A stretch of DNA of 64,000 nucleotides from Candidatus Microgenomates bacterium (GCA_016188915.1 JACPGU010000002.1:241211-305210); one strand, 5' to 3'; numbered from the stretch's first letter, positions 18,801 through 27,867 are shown. The notes: generated by a model from the letters alone, not told the origin. Program-made: numbers and translations.

Positions 18801-21800
18801 GTTCCGGCACGCTGTCTATGCAGGGGTATCTGACGTTGGGAGGAGTGGGCGCCTATACCGGTATCACTTTAAATATTGACACTTCCGATCCGACCTTCAA
18901 TGTAGATGGCGATACGACGATAGGCGCCAACCATACATTGATCTTGAGCGCGACGGGGACAGCTACTTTCGGAGGAAGCTGGACGAATGCTGGCACCCTA
19001 ACCCACTCCTCCGGCACAGTCACTTTTGACGCGACCGACACGGGCAATACTATCAACAACAATTCTTCATCTTTTTACAATCTCAAGCTCAATGGCTCGG
19101 GCGGAGAATGGTCGGCGCTGACCAATACCTTGACTATCGCCAATGACCTCACAGTATCGGCCGGTACGCTTAATAATAGCGCTGGTACAGCCGACATTAC
19201 GGTTAACGGCAATGTGGCTTGTAATGGTACTTGCGGCACTGTCAATCTCACTTCCGGCACTTTCCTGCAAAGTGTGACGACCAACAAAGCTTTCGGCACC
19301 AATGTGGCGGTTGGCACTAATTGGATTTTTAACAATCTCACTTTCACCGGCACTTCGGATACTATCACCACCAGCTCTACCGGCACCGGCACTATTGAGG
19401 TCAAAACCAATTTGACGATTTCAACGGCTACCACTTTGGACGCGGGCAACCGCACCTTCATCCTTTCCGCGGCCTCCACCACTCCCGCCACTTTCACCGG
19501 CACTTTGACGGGTAATACTTCCATCTTTCGCTACACCGGCGCGGGCAACACCACTATTCCGGCCAGCACCGGGTACAGTACGGTTCAGCTCTATCCGGGC
19601 GCTAATTCCGCCATCTTCACTCTCGATTCTGGCACATTCACTCTGTCGGGAGATTTCATCGCGGGCGGAAATTCTTCTTACACCGGCACCACTGTTACGC
19701 TCGGCGCGAACAATCCAACGATGAATATCACGGGCGACTTTACCGTTTGCGCCTCTTCTTGTCCTGAAATGACTTTCACCAAATCATCTAACACTATTAC
19801 TCTAAACGGCACAGCCAATACCAAGACTATCACTGACAACAACACGACCAAGCAAGACCTTGGGAAAATCGCTATCGGCAACGCCTCGGCTGCCAAAATC
19901 GTCAATATGGGCTCTACTTTGAAATTGGAGACGCTCAATATCACTGCCAACGCCACTTTTTCTTTCAACAACGGAGCCTACACTTTGACTATTACCGGTA
20001 CCGGCACGCCATTAACCAAAACCGGTACCTTTACGGCGACCACTGGCACGACGACCTATGTTGGTAATGGCGCGACAACTATTACGGCGGCCACTTACAA
20101 CAATTTACAGATTTTTCCCGGTGGCGCCTCCGTTACTCACACCTTGGCTTCCGGCACTTTCACTATCGGTGGCGATTTGGATATCGGCGGGAATGCCAAT
20201 GGCGCTTCCACTGTCGTTACCGCTGGCGCGAACAACCCGACCATTGGTTTGACGGGCAATCTTGTGGTCTGCGCGTCCACTTGTTCCAACCAGATGACTT
20301 TCACCAAATCTTCCAATACTTTAACGTTGAATGGCACGGCCAATACCAAGACCATCACCGACAACAATACCACCAAGCAAGACCTCGGGGCTTTGGCTAT
20401 CGGCAATGGCGCAACGGCCAAACATATCGGGCTTGGCTCCAATATCAAGGCCACTTCCGTCAATATTACCGCTTCCGCTTTTTTTGAGCCGGGCGCCTAT
20501 ACGGCGACTTTGACAGCCAACGGCACGCCTTTTACCGTCTCCGGCACTTTCACGCCCGCCACTTCTACCATCGAATACGCCCCCGCTTCCACGACCGGTG
20601 TTACGGTAGCCTCCACCACCTATCATCATGTTATTTTCAATAAAACCTCCAACACTTTTTCACTGACCACATCCGGCATTACTACCGATACCGCTAATGG
20701 CGGTGGAGATTTGACTATTTCTGCCGGAACACTAGACACTGTTTCCGGCTCTAATTACCCGATTTCTATTGGGGGTTCTTGGACTAATAGCGACACCTTT
20801 ACCGCCAATTCTGGCACTGTTACCTTCACCTCGGTTAATACTGGAGAAACGCTTTCCGGCACATTGTCCGGCGCTTCTAGTTTCAATAACATAATTTTTA
20901 ATGGTTCAGGCGGAGAATGGACGCCAGGTTCAGCTGTTAATTTGAATGGCGATTTGACCATGACGGCCGGCACTCTGCTCGGCACGCAAAATATTACCGT
21001 CGCTGGCGGAGACGTGACTGGTGATGGCGCTATCACTCTTACCGGCGGGACATTCAAAGTGACGGGCGCTTCCGGCACGGGTTTTGGCGGGGCGACAGCT
21101 TGGAGTTTTTCCTCCCTTACTTTTGGCGATGGTGCTGATAGCGCGACGACGACCGCTACCGGCTCCGGTGGGATAACGGTTTCTTCTGTTCTGACCATTG
21201 ATGCCACTCATACTTTGGACGCGGCTGGTAAGATATGGACACTTTCCGGAACAACTGACCCCTTTGTTAAAACGGGAACTTTTACTCCTAATACTTCTAC
21301 TTTTAAATTTACCGGCAATGGCGCGACCAATATCCCCGCCACCACTTATTACAATTTGCAAGTTTTTCCCGGCGGAGCAGTCACCCATACCTTGGGCGCG
21401 GGAACTTTCACCATCAATAATAATCTGGATCTAGGCGGTAACACCAACCCGGCTTCAACAGTAATCACGGCGGCGACCAATTCTCCGACGGTGAACATTA
21501 CAGGTAATTTGACGCTTTGCGCCACTACTTGTTCCAATCAGATGACCTTCACCAAGGGCGGAACAATTACTTTGTCTGGCGCGGCTAATACCAAGAGCCT
21601 GACTGACAACAACACGACCAAGCAAGATCTGGGCGATATCACTATCGGCAACGCCTCCTTGGCCAAAATCATTCAGCTTGGTTCGTCGATCAAGGCGACC
21701 TCCATCAATATTACGACCAATGCAACGCTTGACGCTAACGGGACGAACACTATTACTTTGACCGGTACAACTACTCCTTTCACTACTAACGGCGCTTTTA

Positions 21801-23233
21801 CTTATTCCACCAGTACCGTGGTTTTCACCGGCAACGCATCTTTTACCATTCCGGCAACCACTTATTATAATTTAACTTTTAGTCCGACCGTGGTGACGAC
21901 CGGCAAGACCTATACTTTTGGCGGAGCAGTGGCGGTCAATAGCGCCTTGGATATCAATCCGGACGCGGCTACCAGTCTTTCTTTGACGGTCAATCTCGGT
22001 GGCGCGCTCACCGGCTCGCCGGCTGTCACCGTTAGAAGGCAAAATTCGGCGGCTTCCGTTTTGGATACTACGGCCGGCAATTATGGTATTACGGCTACCA
22101 GTTTTGACATCCAAGCAGGCGGGACAGTGACACTTAACGCTTCTACTGTTTCGGCTTCCGGCGCGGTGACCATTGCTTCATCGGGGACGTTAAATGCCAC
22201 TTCTGGCACTTTCAGTATTGGTGGCAATTACACGAATAATGGCACTTTTTCTAGCAACAACGGCACCGTTACCATCAACGGCTCTTCGCAGCAGACTTTG
22301 GCCGGAACGATGACAACGACCAACGCTTTCAAGACTCTGACAATTACCAATAGTAGTGGCGCCGATCCCGATGCTTCGCCTTCGGTAATTTTTTCGGCCG
22401 CGGCGACCGCCACCACTTTCAACGCGGTGACGGCCTCAACCAAAATTCGCTTCTTGGCGGGCGCGACCTATACTTTTACCACTTTCAATGTCAATGGCCA
22501 GGCGACCGGTACGCGCGTTCAGCTCCGTTCCTCTTCCTCGCCGACCGCTTGGTTGCTTGTCGCTAGTGGCAGTCCGGTGGTTTATAATACCAATCCCAAA
22601 GATTCCAATGCTTCCGGCGGGAGCAGCATTGATGCTTCAGCCGCATCCAATTTGGACGGTGCGGGCAATACCAATTGGAATTTTGGAGGACTTTCTACTG
22701 ATATTGTAGACAGTAATGGCGATCCAGTGGGTAGTCCAGCGGTAGCTATGGATAACGCTTCTTTAGGTTTTGCTTGCCAGTCTGCTACTGGTACCTTGGG
22801 GGCGGCTTCGCAGAAAATGCGTGTTTCCAATAGCACGGGCAATCCTTCATGGACCCTAACTATCGCGCCGACTGATGGGGCCACTACGACTTGGACGGCT
22901 GGCGCGCCCTTGTATGATTTTAACGACGCGACAGCTTCTGGCTGTTCGGATGGGATAGACGCTGATGGAGTGGGTGGACAGCTAACGATGAACGCTTCGG
23001 CAGGGACGGTGACGCCACAGGGCGGTTGTTCTTCTACGGGAATTACAAAAGGTAATTCAGCTGCTTTTGTGCAGGGCACTACTGACAGCGTCACCATTTT
23101 GTCGGCTAGCGGTCTGGCGGAAACTAGTTGTTATTGGGATTTGACAGGCGTTTCTTTGAGTCAATCAATTCCGCAAGAGCAAACTATCGGCAATTACTCT
23201 TTGAATATGACGATTACTTTGACTGCGAATTAA
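15893..23233 (+). CDS. giant (2446 aa) secreted Thr/Gly/Asn-rich tandem-repeat surface protein with a WxL-like C-terminal domain
   Basis: The protein has an N-terminal signal anchor. A beta-helix-like low-complexity region carries about four ~180-aa tandem repeats (NNPT.N.TG...CAS.C..MTFTKSSNT.TLNGTANTKTITDNNTTKQDLG). The C-terminal ~190 aa are homologous to the 238-aa protein at 11921..12637. Confidence 0.8.
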   Translation: MVKKHSPKGKKARIGDALFTLRKRGKSPWFFAVFLIVLFLIGQLTSKAYAANFYPNLCFGTADSKKAVGQIKNSASDQTPSEFAVTIDEENVTLDCAQFRDEGKSSRVRKVQEATLKIFWSTNTDSIGEGAKASFWQTKKALAADEETTTEIVSEKITEEIIAPEQIENVISGQTIGTTEPIEDTVSDQDAQINKATIAISYTLDNAIWQDLANVGINNLATEFPLNLKDSSDIANFHLRVTSIGDFGQNLVLLDGFAISAVFQNDFSDEEIEALPRVDIGEELFVAPKKDFRADEAVEFEIKGFQDAGTSQNPTASLSEARSISIANLKSPAHLVAQGVVGRQISNLQYIFPAHAEEITAGAVQVLTAEVYDPIGNTGTITPLVQEIGGTTKIIVNKPTRGFRPGRYRLHLEVLDLASSQILISDQNFTWGVLAINLNKSVYLPFESAYLQMGVLDDQGSTICNANLKLEITDPLGGFTILTTASGSISLSDQCDKNNVTDTPDYFAYYTTGDLGVYQMTLTNLTNLYSVTDTFEVRNYAPMTIERISATRINPFKANYRMIFELRANEAFSGAFSETLPDNFEVIDPTINNDTAYDLLITSGDKKIISWNLSLNRNQRKTITYTYDSPDVSPQLYLAGPASAGTIFTETRNWQIASDAACSSNGTGNWSNGATWSGCTGTGGVPAADDTITITDGHAVTLDTTATVAGLTLCDSACNADTSLTHSGSNALTVNGTVTINGGAGAGDNTLWTINGGSATVSGAISYNPQSTTGGRDAKIALSTGTLNANGGIVFENTAGSEDNQMLAMTSTATVNLKGSISNQTLADIQPGTTSTFVYIDSAAAQTVVFDATSSTYAKLTFSNTHASGVTLGAALTATNTTGDVNVLHGIFVTGGYNMTGTGSNTLTMSNGSQFDQTGATLISSFAGLSTSATSTYRLLTTNATFSMATLIYGNVVVSPQANNVAVTPSSGTLSMQGYLTLGGVGAYTGITLNIDTSDPTFNVDGDTTIGANHTLILSATGTATFGGSWTNAGTLTHSSGTVTFDATDTGNTINNNSSSFYNLKLNGSGGEWSALTNTLTIANDLTVSAGTLNNSAGTADITVNGNVACNGTCGTVNLTSGTFLQSVTTNKAFGTNVAVGTNWIFNNLTFTGTSDTITTSSTGTGTIEVKTNLTISTATTLDAGNRTFILSAASTTPATFTGTLTGNTSIFRYTGAGNTTIPASTGYSTVQLYPGANSAIFTLDSGTFTLSGDFIAGGNSSYTGTTVTLGANNPTMNITGDFTVCASSCPEMTFTKSSNTITLNGTANTKTITDNNTTKQDLGKIAIGNASAAKIVNMGSTLKLETLNITANATFSFNNGAYTLTITGTGTPLTKTGTFTATTGTTTYVGNGATTITAATYNNLQIFPGGASVTHTLASGTFTIGGDLDIGGNANGASTVVTAGANNPTIGLTGNLVVCASTCSNQMTFTKSSNTLTLNGTANTKTITDNNTTKQDLGALAIGNGATAKHIGLGSNIKATSVNITASAFFEPGAYTATLTANGTPFTVSGTFTPATSTIEYAPASTTGVTVASTTYHHVIFNKTSNTFSLTTSGITTDTANGGGDLTISAGTLDTVSGSNYPISIGGSWTNSDTFTANSGTVTFTSVNTGETLSGTLSGASSFNNIIFNGSGGEWTPGSAVNLNGDLTMTAGTLLGTQNITVAGGDVTGDGAITLTGGTFKVTGASGTGFGGATAWSFSSLTFGDGADSATTTATGSGGITVSSVLTIDATHTLDAAGKIWTLSGTTDPFVKTGTFTPNTSTFKFTGNGATNIPATTYYNLQVFPGGAVTHTLGAGTFTINNNLDLGGNTNPASTVITAATNSPTVNITGNLTLCATTCSNQMTFTKGGTITLSGAANTKSLTDNNTTKQDLGDITIGNASLAKIIQLGSSIKATSINITTNATLDANGTNTITLTGTTTPFTTNGAFTYSTSTVVFTGNASFTIPATTYYNLTFSPTVVTTGKTYTFGGAVAVNSALDINPDAATSLSLTVNLGGALTGSPAVTVRRQNSAASVLDTTAGNYGITATSFDIQAGGTVTLNASTVSASGAVTIASSGTLNATSGTFSIGGNYTNNGTFSSNNGTVTINGSSQQTLAGTMTTTNAFKTLTITNSSGADPDASPSVIFSAAATATTFNAVTASTKIRFLAGATYTFTTFNVNGQATGTRVQLRSSSSPTAWLLVASGSPVVYNTNPKDSNASGGSSIDASAASNLDGAGNTNWNFGGLSTDIVDSNGDPVGSPAVAMDNASLGFACQSATGTLGAASQKMRVSNSTGNPSWTLTIAPTDGATTTWTAGAPLYDFNDATASGCSDGIDADGVGGQLTMNASAGTVTPQGGCSSTGITKGNSAAFVQGTTDSVTILSASGLAETSCYWDLTGVSLSQSIPQEQTIGNYSLNMTITLTAN
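19690..21700 (+). repeat. in-frame tandem coding repeats (~540-bp period, about four copies) inside the giant gene
   Basis: A recurring DNA block containing accaagcaagacct occurs at ~19850, ~20390 and ~21625. The protein-level repeats are listed above. Confidence 0.7.
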
Positions 23234-23302
23234 TGATTTACCTATTGTTGCTGTGAGGACTGATGTTATAATAAAAACAAGTTTTATAATTAATTTTGTT
23301 CT

Positions 23303-23446
23303 ATGCCAAAAAACAAAAACAAAAAAAGCCAAAAAGGAGATTTTTGCGTGGGCGATTGTTGTTTTCGGAAAGTATATTGGGCGACTTTGGCCGTTTTGGT
23401 TTTACAGATAGCAATTCTCTTGGTTTTCATTTGGAAGTTTATATGA
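23303..23446 (+). CDS. 47-aa ORF (MPKNKNKKSQKGDFCVGDCCFRKVYWATLAVLVLQIAILLVFIWKFI) duplicating the signal-anchor region of the downstream giant gene
   Basis: Its TM segment and DNA (ttttacagatagc..) are paralogous to codons ~25-45 of the 23462..27748 gene (FLIVVLVLQIAVLAILV). It lies 16 nt upstream of that gene. It is not on the ORF track because it is under 60 aa. Confidence 0.3.
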   Translation: MPKNKNKKSQKGDFCVGDCCFRKVYWATLAVLVLQIAILLVFIWKFI

Positions 23447-23461
23447 AATAACTTCTAGCAA

Positions 23462-26400
23462 ATGAAATGGATAAAAAACAAAAAAAGCTATCTTTCCCCC
23501 CTTTCTTTTTTCAAAGAAAAAAGCAATCAAATTTATTCTTTTTTGATTGTTGTTTTAGTTTTACAGATAGCTGTTCTTGCTATTTTGGTGCCATTAGTGC
23601 GGGGAGTAAATTCTACTACTCACACCAGCCAAGAAGATTTTGCGGCAGGCGCTATCTCTCAAACAGCAGTGACTAATAGCTCTGGCGGTGAGATTTCTTT
23701 GGCTACTGTTTCTTCCAGTTTTGCCCAACAATCTTTCGGCACTAACTCTCTCGGCGAAGTAGGAGTCAAGGTCAATGATTTATACGCCGCCTATAGCCCC
23801 AGTCTAGTCCACGATTCCTTAGGCAATACCTACGTTGCCTACTTTTTCGCCGGTTCAACTTGGGATATTGTAGTCAAAAAATATGATTCTGCCGGAGCGC
23901 AAGATTTGACTTTTGGCACAGCTGGCACTTTGACTATTTCATCTTCTGCTGTTGCCGGCGGGATTATGCCCAATACACCATCTTTGGTAGTGGACAATAC
24001 CAACAGTAATCTCTATGTCGCCTGGGATGCCGGAGCGCCTCTCGCCAGCGCTAAAACTATTTATGCCAAAAAGTTTTCTTTTGCTGGTGTTATTGACACG
24101 AGTTTTGGCACGAGCGGGCTTTTGACTGCCGGTAGTAATAACAAATCTATCAGCACGGATCATAGTTTTTCTATTAGTATTGATACCAATAGCAAACTCT
24201 ACATTGCCACGAATGGTACGAGCGGGACGAGCCTCACAGTCAAAAGATACACTACGGCCGGAGCCCTGGATGCTAGCTACGCGACATCCGGAACATTAAC
24301 AGCCGTTTCTACCGGCAACGCGGTCGGTGACCCATATATGGTAGTTAATGGTGGCGACAATCTTTATCTCCTTTACTACGAAAATATTTCCGGTCCGCAC
24401 AAAATCTACGCCAGGAAATTCAATTCTTCGGGAGTAACGGTGACCAGCTTTGGCGCCAGTGGAATCTTGGAGATCGCTTCTTCCACGCAGGCATTGCGAG
24501 ATCCCGTGGTAGTTTTCGGTGGTTCAGAGAACGGCTATGTCGTTTGGACGGAAGCGGCCAACAATGATATTTACGCCAAGAAATTTTCCACGGCCGGAGT
24601 TTTAGACACGAGTTTTGGCACGAGTGGTATGGCAACAATAACTACAGCTAGTAATATTCAGAGGAAACCGGCGCTGGCCCTAGATTCCAGTGAAAATATG
24701 TATATCGCCTGGGAAGATAATCGCGGAGCGGATTACAGCATTTATACTAAAAAATTCAATTCCTCTGGCACGTTGGTTTCCGGCTTTGGAACGGCGGGAG
24801 AATTAGCCACTTTCGATAATAGCAACAATCAATTTTATCCGGCGATTATGACTGATGCCACCGGTGATATTTATCTTGCTGCTTCTGATGATCGCTCTAC
24901 CGGCAATACCAAATATGATTTGTATATAAGAAAATTCAATTCCTCCGGTACGCGATATAACGATTATTCACCGGCCACAGCAGATGATGTGGCGATCAGC
25001 GGTGAATCTTCTAGCCAAGAACATCCTGCTTCCGCTACCGATTCTGACAACAATGTTTATTTCGTTTGGCGCAATATGGCAACGGACGCCAACGGCGATA
25101 TTTATATGAAAAAATACAGCGCCATGGGCTTTCTCTACGACGGTACATCCGCTTCTCCGGAATTTGGCACCGACGGGCAGGTCTTGATTTCCTCTGCCGG
25201 GACGAACGCTGCCCAGCGCGCGCCACGGATAACGCTAGATAGCACTGATAATATTTATGTCTCTTGGTATGACAATCGTGATGGGGCAAATTACGACGCT
25301 TACGTGAAAAAATTTAGCAGTAGTGGCGCGCTAGACGCAACTTTTGGCTCATCAGGAGAGTTAACGGTGGAGGCAGGGATTTTAATCGGCGCGGGCGAAT
25401 CCGATGAACTACCGACAGAAATGGGGCTGGGGGTGGATTCCTCTGACAATATCTATGTTGCTTATTACAAAGATTTGGCTCTGGATGGCGCTGATTACGC
25501 GGTCTATATCAGGAAATACTCTTCGGCCGGCGTTATCGTTTCGGCCTTTGGCAGTTCCGGCACTTTGACGGTAGCAAGTAGCAGCCTAGCCGATACCTTT
25601 CCCACGCTGACTATTTCTTCCGCTAATAATCTTTATGTCGGTTATGTGGAATGGGAGCTGGACTTCTCTGACTCTAAAGTGAAGATTAAAAAATATAATT
25701 CTTCCGGGACGATAGATAGCGCTTTTGGTACGAGCGGGACCATCACTTACGATAATGTTGGCGATATTGATCGCGAGGCGAGGCTGGCTTTGGATTCTAC
25801 CGGAGCCGTTTATCTGGCTTCGGGCAATGTAGATGATCTCATCGCGCCTACTGCCTACCAAATATTCCTGACCAAATATGATTCAGCTGGCGTTATCGTT
25901 ACGAGCTTTGGTACCGGTGGCACGATCACTTTGGCGACTTCAGCCAATGCGACCATCTATCCTTCTATCGCCACAGATTCGGCAGACAATATCTATGCTA
26001 CTTGGACGCAAACGGTAGCCGATAATGATATCAAGCTTCGCGTTTACAATACTGCCGGAACGCTCAATACTAATGTTGGCACTAACGGAGTTTTGGTTTT
26101 GGACTCTACAACGGCCAATGCCAATCAGGTAGCTATAACCGTTGGAGCAGGAGACGCTATCTATTTTGCTTGGTCGGACGGGGCGATATCTGGCGCCAAA
26201 TATGATTTCACTGGCGGTTCGACTGTCTATTATACTTCTGGTACTTTTGAATCGGCCACGATTGATACTGGCTCTAGCACGCAAGTTTACGGCAATTTGT
26301 CTTGGTCGGTAACGACGCCAGTCGGCACATCGGTTTTGTTCCAGGTGGCTACGGCCACCACTGATAGCGGCTATGTCTATCGCGGACCGGGTGGATTTTT

Positions 26401-27748
26401 GGACACCTACTACACCACTTCCTCTGGTCATAATATTTGGTCAGGGGCGGACAGCCAGAGATATTTCCGCTACAAAATGATTTTGGCCACGACCGATGCT
26501 ACGGCCAGTCCTAGTGTAGCCAGTGTTACTATCGCTTATAACCTGCCACCAAACGCCCCTTCTTCTTTAGGGCCGATGGCTTCTATCGACGGAACGGCTT
26601 CTTCTAACACCAGACCTAACTTCTCTTTTACCTTGACCGACAATGATACATCCGACACGGTTGGCTATCGTATTCAAATTAGCCAAGTGAGCGACTTTTC
26701 TTCCAGTATCGTTGACTATACTTCGGCTATGGCCACTCAGGGGACAGCTTCTTTTTCAGTTGGACAGGCTACAGGTAGTGGTAGCTATACGACGGGGTGG
26801 CTTAATCAGACTTTGTCTGAAGGAAATTATTATTGGCGCGTCGCTGCTATTGACGAAAACAATCTTATCGGTAATTGGACGACAGCCAATTCAGGCAATG
26901 TTGCTTTGACAATTTCTTTGCCACCATCCTATACGGCACCTATCGAATCAACCGGCGGAGGTGGCGGGGTAGAACCCAAGGCCGCCACGCCAGAGAAAAA
27001 GGCCACAGAGACCTTTACCGATAATTTTTCCATAAATATTAATGACGATCAGATCAATACAACTAATCTGGAAGTTACTTTGCGTTTTAGTGCTCCTTCT
27101 TCTGCTACGGAAGTGGAGATTTCTAATTATCCTGACTTCAAAGAATCTACTCGCGATCAATTCGCTAGAGAGAAAAAATGGTCTATCTGTGCCGACAAAG
27201 ATACAGGCGCGGTCGGAAAAGCCAACATCAAAACCCACAATTGTTCAGAGGGCGAGTACAGCGTCTATGCTAGATTTTATAATGCCAAAGGAGAAATGTC
27301 GGCAGTTTTCAGAGACACCATCTCTTATCGTCTGAATACGAAAGATATAACTGAGGGGGCAAATCAAGCTATCCCAGAGAAAGGTGGCACGCCACAAAAT
27401 ATTAGTGAGACAATTAGCCCCAACGATAATACTGGTAGTCAAACAGAGATTTTGCCGGCGCTGGTTTTTGTTCCCGACATCATCTTTTTCAACAATATGC
27501 GAGTGGGTTCCAATGGGGTGGAAGTCAAGGCTTTGCAGGAATTTTTGAATAAAAACGGTTTTACGGTAGCTGATAATGGTCCTGGTTCTTCCGGCGGTGA
27601 AACGCAGTATTACGGCGCGTTGACTGCCCGGGCAGTGGCTAGATTTCAAGAAGCCAATGCTGATCAGATTTTGACTCCCTTGGGCTACACCAAGGGTACG
27701 GGTATCTTTGGTCCCGCGACGAGAAATTATATTAATTCACTGAAATGA
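23462..27748 (+). CDS. giant (1428 aa) secreted protein with ~15 delta-60-like repeats, Ig/FN3-like modules and a C-terminal peptidoglycan-binding (PG_binding_1-like) domain
   Basis: Repeated units of ~45-60 aa (IYAKKF.S.G.LDTSFGTSG.LT...) follow a signal anchor. The C-terminus VGSNGVEVKALQEFLNKNGF...YYGALTARAVARFQEAN resembles a PG-binding domain. Confidence 0.8.
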   Translation: MKWIKNKKSYLSPLSFFKEKSNQIYSFLIVVLVLQIAVLAILVPLVRGVNSTTHTSQEDFAAGAISQTAVTNSSGGEISLATVSSSFAQQSFGTNSLGEVGVKVNDLYAAYSPSLVHDSLGNTYVAYFFAGSTWDIVVKKYDSAGAQDLTFGTAGTLTISSSAVAGGIMPNTPSLVVDNTNSNLYVAWDAGAPLASAKTIYAKKFSFAGVIDTSFGTSGLLTAGSNNKSISTDHSFSISIDTNSKLYIATNGTSGTSLTVKRYTTAGALDASYATSGTLTAVSTGNAVGDPYMVVNGGDNLYLLYYENISGPHKIYARKFNSSGVTVTSFGASGILEIASSTQALRDPVVVFGGSENGYVVWTEAANNDIYAKKFSTAGVLDTSFGTSGMATITTASNIQRKPALALDSSENMYIAWEDNRGADYSIYTKKFNSSGTLVSGFGTAGELATFDNSNNQFYPAIMTDATGDIYLAASDDRSTGNTKYDLYIRKFNSSGTRYNDYSPATADDVAISGESSSQEHPASATDSDNNVYFVWRNMATDANGDIYMKKYSAMGFLYDGTSASPEFGTDGQVLISSAGTNAAQRAPRITLDSTDNIYVSWYDNRDGANYDAYVKKFSSSGALDATFGSSGELTVEAGILIGAGESDELPTEMGLGVDSSDNIYVAYYKDLALDGADYAVYIRKYSSAGVIVSAFGSSGTLTVASSSLADTFPTLTISSANNLYVGYVEWELDFSDSKVKIKKYNSSGTIDSAFGTSGTITYDNVGDIDREARLALDSTGAVYLASGNVDDLIAPTAYQIFLTKYDSAGVIVTSFGTGGTITLATSANATIYPSIATDSADNIYATWTQTVADNDIKLRVYNTAGTLNTNVGTNGVLVLDSTTANANQVAITVGAGDAIYFAWSDGAISGAKYDFTGGSTVYYTSGTFESATIDTGSSTQVYGNLSWSVTTPVGTSVLFQVATATTDSGYVYRGPGGFLDTYYTTSSGHNIWSGADSQRYFRYKMILATTDATASPSVASVTIAYNLPPNAPSSLGPMASIDGTASSNTRPNFSFTLTDNDTSDTVGYRIQISQVSDFSSSIVDYTSAMATQGTASFSVGQATGSGSYTTGWLNQTLSEGNYYWRVAAIDENNLIGNWTTANSGNVALTISLPPSYTAPIESTGGGGGVEPKAATPEKKATETFTDNFSININDDQINTTNLEVTLRFSAPSSATEVEISNYPDFKESTRDQFAREKKWSICADKDTGAVGKANIKTHNCSEGEYSVYARFYNAKGEMSAVFRDTISYRLNTKDITEGANQAIPEKGGTPQNISETISPNDNTGSQTEILPALVFVPDIIFFNNMRVGSNGVEVKALQEFLNKNGFTVADNGPGSSGGETQYYGALTARAVARFQEANADQILTPLGYTKGTGIFGPATRNYINSLK

Positions 27749-27789
27749 AATTCGTAGAGGCGTTGCAATGCAACGTCTCTACGAATTTC
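27747..27789. terminator. long near-perfect hairpin (AAATTCGTAGAGgCGTTGCAatGCAACGtCTCTACGAATTT) between the giant gene stop and the tRNA-Pro 3' end
   Basis: The hairpin is ~19 bp. On the minus strand it is followed by a T-rich stretch. Confidence 0.6.
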
Positions 27790-27791
27790 AA

Positions 27792-27864
27792 TCGGGATAG
27801 GCAGACTTGAACTGCCGACCTCCACGTCCCGAACGTGGCGCGCTACCAACTGCGCTATACCCCG
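27792..27864 (-). tRNA. tRNA-Pro with anticodon CGG (73 nt, no encoded CCA)
   Basis: The minus-strand sequence is CGGGGTA-TA-GCGC-AGTTGGTA-GCGC-G-CCACG-TTCGGGA-CGTGG-AGGTC-GGCAG-TTCAAGT-CTGCC-TATCCCG-A. The acceptor has one G-U pair. Confidence 0.85.
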
Positions 27865-27867
27865 ACT

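Noticed and set aside
19690-21700. Possible CRISPR-like direct repeats
   Set aside because: The repeats are ~540 bp, in frame, and translate into protein-level repeats of the giant surface protein. There are no short repeat-spacer units and no cas genes.
17983-23097. Many minus-strand ORFs of 60-170 aa inside the giant gene (e.g. 19075..19524, 20755..21207, 22582..23097)
   Set aside because: They are antisense to a long, clearly coding, repeat-rich, low-complexity gene. Open antisense frames are expected there by composition, and they have no start context or family similarity.
23462-27748. Diversity-generating retroelement targeting one of the giant proteins
   Set aside because: No reverse transcriptase ORF (no YxDD motif) and no template/variable repeat pair with adenine-specific differences were found in the window.
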